Positions 57,646 to 64,000 of a DNA stretch of 64,000 bases are shown piece by piece. Within the stretch, counting starts at the first letter, position 1; each line of letters begins with the position of its first letter. The translations under genes were made by a program, and so were the position numbers. Origin of the DNA: Candidatus Latescibacterota bacterium (GTDB lineage: Bacteria; Latescibacterota; UBA2968; GCA-2709665). The stretch spans positions 2,208,001 through 2,272,000 of the forward strand of contig OZ244744.1 in the NCBI GenBank assembly GCA_965219455.1, in the 5' to 3' direction. The notes under the pieces are model-generated. The model saw only the letters and a program-made list of their open reading frames with translations, made no database searches and had not been told where the DNA came from.

Positions 57646-58749
57646 CTATACGGATGTCTTCAGCCGCTGCTGCCGCCGGTGCCGTTCAAACGCGAGCTGA
57701 ATCAGGCGATCGACCAGTTCCGTGTACGATATCCCGCTCGCCTCCCAGAGTTTCGGATACATGCTGATCCGTGTAAAGCCGGGAATGGTGTTGATTTCGT
57801 TGATCAGCACCTCGTCTTCTCCGTGTAAAAAGTAATCCACGCGCGCCATTCCCTCACAGCATAACACCTTGTAGGCCCGGATTGCCAGCGCCTGGACCGA
57901 GCGTACAATCGCCTCGGGAAGATCTGCAGGAATCGCCAGTCCGGCTCCGTTTTCGTCGATATATTTCGCTTCGTAGGTGTAGAATTCGCTATGCGGAATA
58001 ATCTCTCCTGGAACGGATGCGATCGGATCGTCGTTGCCCAGCACGGAACACTCGATCTCACGGCCGGCCGCGTTTGACTCAATCAGGATCTTGTGGTCGT
58101 ACTGAAACGCAAGTTCGAGCGCATCGGCAAACGTATCCCGCCCGTCCACCCGGCTCACGCCCACCGACGAACCCAGATTGGCCGGCTTTACAAATACGGG
58201 CAATCCCAGCCGGTTCACAACCGCATCGAAATCAATTTCCACACCGGACCGGGAAAATGACAGAAAATCAGGGGTCGGAATGCCTGCCTCCCGCAGCAGG
58301 CGTTTCATGACGTCTTTATCCATCGCCACCGCCGAACCCAGGACACCGGCGCCCACGAAAGGAATATCGGCCAGTTTCAACATCCCCTGAATGGTACCGT
58401 CCTCTCCGAATGGCCCGTGCAGAACGGGAAACACGACATCCAGCGCTTCCAGCCGCTGATGATCGGAAGAACGAACGAGATGCGCACCGCCGGTGTCCTG
58501 CGGCACCAGCGTCACTCCGACGTCCGTGTCCCTTACCATCAGCTCAGGGAGCGCCGACCCCGCAGCCTCGACATACAGATGAGACGGTGTGCCCAGGTGC
58601 CACTGCCCTCCCCTGTCGATTCCGATCAATACCACTTCGTATTTGCTCTTGTCAATCGCCTCTACGACGTTTTTGGCGGACTCCAGCGACACTTCGTGCT
58701 CGGCTGACTTCCCGCCGAAAAGTACGCCGACGCGAATCTTTTTACCCAT
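57646..58749 (-). CDS. ddl: D-alanine--D-alanine ligase
   Basis: GGKSAEHEVS, LHGPFGEDG, GSSVG, FYTYEAKY and NEINTIPG motifs. Confidence 0.96.
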   Translation of the reverse strand: MGKKIRVGVLFGGKSAEHEVSLESAKNVVEAIDKSKYEVVLIGIDRGGQWHLGTPSHLYVEAAGSALPELMVRDTDVGVTLVPQDTGGAHLVRSSDHQRLEALDVVFPVLHGPFGEDGTIQGMLKLADIPFVGAGVLGSAVAMDKDVMKRLLREAGIPTPDFLSFSRSGVEIDFDAVVNRLGLPVFVKPANLGSSVGVSRVDGRDTFADALELAFQYDHKILIESNAAGREIECSVLGNDDPIASVPGEIIPHSEFYTYEAKYIDENGAGLAIPADLPEAIVRSVQALAIRAYKVLCCEGMARVDYFLHGEDEVLINEINTIPGFTRISMYPKLWEASGISYTELVDRLIQLAFERHRRQQRLKTSV

Positions 58750-58805
58750 CGACGTTACCCCAGGTGAAAACTGGCGCCTGTCGCGCCTTTATTCGGTCAG
58801 TCCAT

Positions 58806-59507
58806 TCAATGCGGGGGGCCGTCAGGACGCCCGATATCAGGTGGTGTTGAATCCCCGGAATCGTCTGAATCTCTCCGGACCTTCATTCTCCACCACAGCC
58901 AGTACCCGATTCCGCCGGCCACCATCAGTACGAGAATCACCCGATTATAAGCCCGCAGTACATCGACCACCAGCCCCCAGTTTTCGCCCACCTTCAGCCC
59001 GAAATACACCAGCAGGCTGTTCCACAGAATCGTGCTCAGGACGACATAGCCCAACATCCGAAGCGGATGAATGCGGCTGATCCCGGCCCCGATCCCGACA
59101 AATGCCCGCACGGTAGGCAAAAACCGGTTGAAGATCACAATCCGATCGCCATACCGCGAAAAACCCGCCTCCACGCGGTTCAGATTTTTCTCTGAAAAAA
59201 TCCGGGAATTGAAACTCAGGATAAATGCACGCCCTTTCCAGTACGCCACCGCGTAAACCAGCAGACATCCCATTGTGCTGCCCAGCCACATTGCCACATA
59301 TGCCGGCACCAACCGGACAATGCCCATCCCGGCGAGATAGGCGCCAAAGACGATTAGGGTATCTCCCGGAAGGGGCGGTATCAAATTCTCCATAAAGGCG
59401 CCGAGAAACAAAAAAAAACAGATCAATTCCGGTGGCTGATCGCCCAGAAACAGCAGAAACTGCTCCCATGCCCCCGACAAAAACACAAGATCGAACGAAA
59501 AATCCAA
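58806..59507 (-). CDS. DedA family membrane protein
   Basis: ENLIPPLPGD and F.RYG....FNRFLPTVR motifs. Confidence 0.9.
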   Translation of the reverse strand: MDFSFDLVFLSGAWEQFLLFLGDQPPELICFFLFLGAFMENLIPPLPGDTLIVFGAYLAGMGIVRLVPAYVAMWLGSTMGCLLVYAVAYWKGRAFILSFNSRIFSEKNLNRVEAGFSRYGDRIVIFNRFLPTVRAFVGIGAGISRIHPLRMLGYVVLSTILWNSLLVYFGLKVGENWGLVVDVLRAYNRVILVLMVAGGIGYWLWWRMKVRRDSDDSGDSTPPDIGRPDGPPH

Positions 59508-59561
59508 CCGCCCCCCTTAATCCCGGTTTCCGTTTCCCGGGTCATGGACCGCTGCCCTTAG

Positions 59562-59722
59562 CAGCCCGTTGAAAAAGCCCATCCGGGCTGCTGCCTGCCC
59601 TTGTGGCCGAATTACTGCGTTGCGCTCCCTCCCCGAATCCCCCGATTCGACTCGGTCGCGTGCCTTGTCTTCGGCCACAACGACTCGGCCGCGCCTTCTC
59701 ACGGCGCACTATCAACGGACTG
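59562..59722 (-). mobile_element. MITE family B, full copy (161 bp)
   Basis: Same ends as the 11344 copy; exact CTAA duplication on the minus strand; overlaps the ispDF stop codon. Confidence 0.8.
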
Positions 59723-60887
59723 TTAGCGCAACCAGCGCGACAGCCTGCGCCGCGATTCCCTCTTCTGTCCCTACAAATCCCAGGCCCTCGGTGGTCGTTG
59801 CCTTTATCGACATCCGATCCTTCCCGATTCCAAGCGACCCTGCCATTTTTGCCCGCATATCTGAAATGTACGGCGCAAGCTTCGGGCGCTGCGCAATCAC
59901 GGTCGCGTCCACGTTTATGATTTCGGCGGCGGTTTCGCGGGCCAGCGCCGACACCCGCTCCAGCAGAATCAGACTGGAAATACCGGCATAGGCCGGATCG
60001 GCATCGGGAAAATGCCTGCCGATATCGCCCCGACCCATCGCGCCGAGAATGGCATCCGCAACCGCATGGGAAAGCACATCGGCGTCGGAGTGCCCCTGCA
60101 GACCCCGTTCGAACGGAACCGTCACCCCGCCCAGAATCAACGGACGGCCCGAAACCAGCCGGTGTACGTCATAACCCTGTCCTGAGCGCAATTCTGATGG
60201 CACACTCCCTGTTCTGGATCTCAAAATCGATTCAGCCATCGCCAGATCTTCCGGCGCCGTGATTTTCAGATTGTCCTCCCGGCCCGTCACGACGTATACC
60301 GGCGCCTTCAGGTGCTCAACAAGCGACGTGTCGTCCGTGCCCACGTACCCACGTCGGGCGGCCGCTTCATGCGCCCGTCGCAATATTGGCGCGTGAAACG
60401 CCTGGGGGGTTTGGACGCGCCACAACCGTGACCGGTCCAGCGTACGCAACACACGCCCGTTTTCGATCTCCTTGACCGTATCCGTTATGGGCGTACCCAG
60501 CACCGCCGCGCCCTTCTGCCGGGTCAGATCGATGACAGCGTCGATCTGCTCCGGCAGAATCAATGGCCGCGCCCCATCATGGATCGCAATGACACCGGCG
60601 GTGTCCGGTACCGCCCGAAGTCCCTCCGCAACAGAATCCTGGCGCCGCGCCCCTCCCGTCACCACGGACGTTACCTTCCGTATGCCCCACCCTCGAACAA
60701 CCTCCCGGCATCGATCCACGCTATCCGCCAGCGTGACAAGCACCACGCGGTCGACCTGATTTGCGCGCTCGAAGGCCGTCAGCGCATGGAAAAGCATGGG
60801 TCGCCCGGCCAAGCGCATGAACTGCTTGGGCAGGTCGCTCCCCATCCGACGGCCGGAGCCGGCGGCAAGCAAAATTGCGTATACCAT
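59712..60887 (-). CDS. ispDF: Bifunctional IspD/IspF
   Basis: LAAGSGRRM..PKQF, HDGARP and QTPQ, then GYDVH, HSDADV and KATTTE. Start could be 60917. Confidence 0.95.
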   Translation of the reverse strand: MVYAILLAAGSGRRMGSDLPKQFMRLAGRPMLFHALTAFERANQVDRVVLVTLADSVDRCREVVRGWGIRKVTSVVTGGARRQDSVAEGLRAVPDTAGVIAIHDGARPLILPEQIDAVIDLTRQKGAAVLGTPITDTVKEIENGRVLRTLDRSRLWRVQTPQAFHAPILRRAHEAAARRGYVGTDDTSLVEHLKAPVYVVTGREDNLKITAPEDLAMAESILRSRTGSVPSELRSGQGYDVHRLVSGRPLILGGVTVPFERGLQGHSDADVLSHAVADAILGAMGRGDIGRHFPDADPAYAGISSLILLERVSALARETAAEIINVDATVIAQRPKLAPYISDMRAKMAGSLGIGKDRMSIKATTTEGLGFVGTEEGIAAQAVALVALTVR

Positions 60888-60913
60888 AGAAACCGACGAA
60901 TCTTCAACACGGT

Positions 60914-61951
60914 TCACATAATCAACATTGCGTCGCCGTAGCTGTAAAACCGATACTGCTTCCGCACCGCCTCATTATACGACTCCAATATGAACGCTCG
61001 ATCCGAAAATGCGGAAACAAGCATCAGCAGCGTCGACCGGGGCAGATGAAAATTGGTGACCAGCCTGTCTATAAGCTTGAACCGGTACGGAGGATAGACA
61101 AATAACCGGGTCCAGCCCGACCCGGGATTCAGAATCCAGCTATCGCGGGTTCGCGACGCCGACGACTCGAGCGCACGCACGGTGGTTGTGCCCACCGCCA
61201 CAATCCGCCCTCCATTCCGCCGGCATGCATTCACCTTCCCGGCGGCTTTGGTACCAATCTCAAAGTACTCCGCATCCATTACGTGCCGCCGGGGATCTTC
61301 CACTTCCACGGGCTTGAACGTGCCCGGACCCACGTGGAGCAGCACCGGGACGATCTCCACGCCGGACGCCCGGATCCGATCAAGGAGATCCGACGTAAAA
61401 TGCAGGCCCGCGGTAGGCGCCGCCACCGCCCCCCGGGTACGCGCGTACACCGACTGATATCGTTCTCGATCAGTCGGATCCTCTTCCCGTCTGATATATG
61501 GCGGCAGTGGGATGCGTCCCTGGCTCTGCAGAACCGATTCCAGAGACGCACTGCCCTTGAACCGAACCATCCGGCGGCCCGACGGCAGAACCGCGGTCAC
61601 TTCCGCAACAAGATCCACGTCCGGAAAGGCCACCTGTGCGCCCTCCCGGAGCCGGCGGCCCGGACGCGCGAATACTTCCCAGCAATCCCCTTTGCAACGA
61701 ACCAGCAAAAGCTCCACGGCCCCGCGGGTGCCGGGTCGGTACCCGTTGAGGCGGGCCGGAAAAACGCGCGTTTCGTTGACGACCAGACAATCTCCGGGAC
61801 GCAGAAAGTCCGGAAACGACCTGAACACCGTATGGTCAATCCGCCCGGTTTTCCGATCCAGAACCATCAACCGGGCGCCGTCCCGTTCGGAGGCCGGGTA
61901 CTGGGCGATCAATTCCTCCGGAAGCCCGTAATCGTAGTCGGCAAGATTCAT
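60914..61951 (-). CDS. queA: SAM:tRNA ribosyltransferase-isomerase
   Basis: PLPPYI, AAPTAGLHF, TNFHLP and FYSYGDAM motifs. Confidence 0.97.
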   Translation of the reverse strand: MNLADYDYGLPEELIAQYPASERDGARLMVLDRKTGRIDHTVFRSFPDFLRPGDCLVVNETRVFPARLNGYRPGTRGAVELLLVRCKGDCWEVFARPGRRLREGAQVAFPDVDLVAEVTAVLPSGRRMVRFKGSASLESVLQSQGRIPLPPYIRREEDPTDRERYQSVYARTRGAVAAPTAGLHFTSDLLDRIRASGVEIVPVLLHVGPGTFKPVEVEDPRRHVMDAEYFEIGTKAAGKVNACRRNGGRIVAVGTTTVRALESSASRTRDSWILNPGSGWTRLFVYPPYRFKLIDRLVTNFHLPRSTLLMLVSAFSDRAFILESYNEAVRKQYRFYSYGDAMLIM

Positions 61952-62128
61952 GGAACCCGATGTGCGGTATCAGGAATGCCCGGACATAATTGCCGCCGTT
62001 TCGTCCCGTGTGGCGGGTTTCCACGTTTGCTGCTTCCCGCAGGCAGACCGGCGAGCCCACGCCCTCGGATCCGGCCGTGAGGGCCGCGTCAGGCGGACGC
62101 CGCGGTGGGCGGATTCGCTCGATATTCG

Positions 62129-62353
62129 TCATCGCCGGGAAATCAGATTCAGGATCACGGTCAGGACGATGCTGATTACAATACACGTCACAATTGGGAA
62201 ATAAAACCTGAAGCCCTCCCGGCGAACGACAATATCTCCCGGCAACCGCCCAGGAAAAGGAATCTTGTCTCCGACCCAGAGTACAAAGCCCACCGAAAAC
62301 ACGAGAATCCCCACAATCATCAGGACCCTGCCGAAGCCGGAAAACTCGTTCAC
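62129..62353 (-). CDS. DUF2905-like small membrane protein
   Basis: GRLPGDI......FYFPIVTCIVIS motif; commonly found next to queA. Confidence 0.85.
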   Translation of the reverse strand: MNEFSGFGRVLMIVGILVFSVGFVLWVGDKIPFPGRLPGDIVVRREGFRFYFPIVTCIVISIVLTVILNLISRR

Positions 62354-62378
62354 GACAACAACCTTTCACAGAAGTCAA

Positions 62379-62407
62379 AACTTACAGAATTCTTGAACCG
62401 ACGTCAA
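62379..62407 (-). promoter_or_regulatory. Sigma70 promoter for the DUF2905-queA-ispDF genes
   Basis: TTGACG-17 nt-TAAGTT. Confidence 0.55.
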
Positions 62408-62610
62408 GGCATTGCGTCCCACGAAGAGGCTCCGGAACAAGCGGGCGAGAAGTCAGAGCCAGGCAAATCCGGCTTTACCGACCCTCTCGAAATTTCGATC
62501 GAATCCACGCCCGTTGTCGCCGCCTTCCCAACAAAATAAAAACGTGAAACACGCCACACCGCAGCGGTGGGCCGTTTCACGTTTGGCATCTGGCGTGGGG
62601 CGTACTTAAG

Positions 62611-62718
62611 TGTCCCGTCCCCGAAATATGTCACCATTCATCCGCCGGTTCATCCCGTCTCGCTGCGTTCCCCTCGCTCGGCGGCCGAATTTAGGCAATC
62701 TATTTCAGGGACAGAACA
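62611..62718 (-). mobile_element. MITE family A, internally deleted copy (108 bp)
   Basis: TGTCCCGTCCCCGAAATA...TATTTCAGGGACAGAACA, abutting the TAA stop of the dehydrogenase gene. Confidence 0.75.
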
Positions 62719-63753
62719 TTACGGCGTAAATACGACCTTAAGCGCCTCCATATTTTCCGCTGCCGCGAACCCCCGCTCCCAATCTGTAAGGGGCAGCCGA
62801 TGTGTAATCATCGGATCCACGTCGATCTTGCCGTCCGCAATCATCCAGATCGTTTTGTCCCAACTCGCGTATTCGGTCGACATGTTGAAAAAGAGCGTTA
62901 CGACCTTGGTCATGGCGGCGTCCCAGTCCAGTTGCACGGGTCGCTTGCCGGTAAGGCCGATGGCGCATATCCGACCCCATTTACACACCAGATCGACCGC
63001 CTGCGCGATGGCCGGTGGCGCGCCGGAGCACTCAATCACCAGGTCCGCCCCCTTGCCGCCGGTCAACGCCAGGCAGCGCTCCACCGGATCCGCCTCGGCG
63101 AAATTCACCACATGCTCGACGCCCAACCTGCGCGCCGTCGCCAGGCGCAATTCCTCGTCTGCCGGCGCGCCTACGATCATCACTTCCCGCGCCCCCGCCA
63201 CCCGCGCCACCTGGGCCGCCAGCAAGCCGATAGGCCCCGGCCCCAGAACCACCACAAAATCGCCCACCTCAATTGCTTGCCGATCAATGATATCCGTCAC
63301 CGTATTGGCCGCCGGTTCGACCAACGCACCCTGCTCAAAACTCATATGATCCGGTATCCGGTGCAACAGGTTGGTGGGATATTTTATATATCTGGTGAAC
63401 GCGCCATCGATACCCCATCCGGGAGATCTTTTCTCCAGGCAGTTCTGTATATGCCCCTTCCGACACAGGAAACACTTGCCGCAGTGCAAGGTATGGGGCT
63501 CGCCAACCACGCGGTCGCCGACCTTCCAATCCGATACCGAATTTCCAACTTCGACGATCTCACCCGAGAACTCGTGGCCCAGGATCACGGGCGGCCAGTA
63601 CGGAAACGTATCGTGTTTAACGTGTACGTCCGTACCGCAAATGCCTGCCGCCTTTATCTCAATCAGAACCTCGTCGTCCGTAATCTCGGGCTCCGGCACG
63701 TCGCGCAATTCCAGAAACCCAACGCCTCGTTTGGTCTTGACAACCGCCTCCAT
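62719..63753 (-). CDS. Zinc-dependent medium-chain dehydrogenase (sorbitol / threonine dehydrogenase-like)
   Basis: GICGTD, GHE, C..C..C.......C and GPGPIG motifs. Confidence 0.92.
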   Translation of the reverse strand: MEAVVKTKRGVGFLELRDVPEPEITDDEVLIEIKAAGICGTDVHVKHDTFPYWPPVILGHEFSGEIVEVGNSVSDWKVGDRVVGEPHTLHCGKCFLCRKGHIQNCLEKRSPGWGIDGAFTRYIKYPTNLLHRIPDHMSFEQGALVEPAANTVTDIIDRQAIEVGDFVVVLGPGPIGLLAAQVARVAGAREVMIVGAPADEELRLATARRLGVEHVVNFAEADPVERCLALTGGKGADLVIECSGAPPAIAQAVDLVCKWGRICAIGLTGKRPVQLDWDAAMTKVVTLFFNMSTEYASWDKTIWMIADGKIDVDPMITHRLPLTDWERGFAAAENMEALKVVFTP

Positions 63754-64000
63754 AATCTGCTCCTTGTTATGTTGGATCGTTACAACTCCGCTTAGTCGGC
63801 CGGTGCGAAACAACCTCAACGCCGTGAGACGGATACCTCAGGATCGCGTGTTCCCTGCCGAACCCTGCGCGGCTGTGAAATCTGGCGAAGAAGGCACGCA
63901 CAAGGCACGAATTCCCCTTGAAATTTCGGGTCGGATAATGTATAATCAAATTTACAATGCAGCCGACCGGGGTTTCACCGGTCGGCTGATCCGATTGTAA

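Noticed and set aside
62535-62605. Short heptamer-like repeats forming a loose hairpin (AAACGTGAAAC...GTTTCACGTTT)
   Set aside because: Short and degenerate; most simply a terminator-like or simple-repeat remnant.

Overview
GC-rich bacterial chromosomal window, mostly core metabolism. The gene mix (TPR/TonB proteins, PhyH and DegT enzymes, S55 peptidase) suggests an FCB-group organism such as Latescibacterota or Gemmatimonadota; that is inference only. The centre is a ~19 kb run of 19 co-directional genes for aromatic amino acid synthesis: trpE-G-D-C-F, tyrS, a DRE-TIM aldolase, trpB-A, chorismate mutase, DAHP synthase, tyrA, an aroA-like gene, a small ORF, aroE, ubiE/menG, argS, aroK and aroB. 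The best finding is an unannotated 35-aa leader peptide upstream of trpE (MTDHGQYGFSWRGYFYRSYRWYYREVSERHVCPRE; 6 Tyr, 2 Phe, 2 Trp within 17 codons). It sits between a sigma70 promoter and mutually exclusive antiterminator/terminator hairpins, so it is a candidate attenuator sensing all three aromatic amino acids. The full-length AroA homolog in the same run has lost almost every catalytic and substrate-binding residue (candidate pseudoenzyme). Two families of non-autonomous MITE-like repeats recur, landing at stop codons, nesting, and in one case flanking fabV as two swapped halves. Also present: an orphan promoter with a structured candidate sRNA, a structured comM leader, a GuaB with altered phosphate-binding residues, several gene remnants and tRNA-Thr(TGT). 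No CRISPR array, intact transposase, integrase or rRNA was seen. All calls are by eye from motifs; no searches were run.
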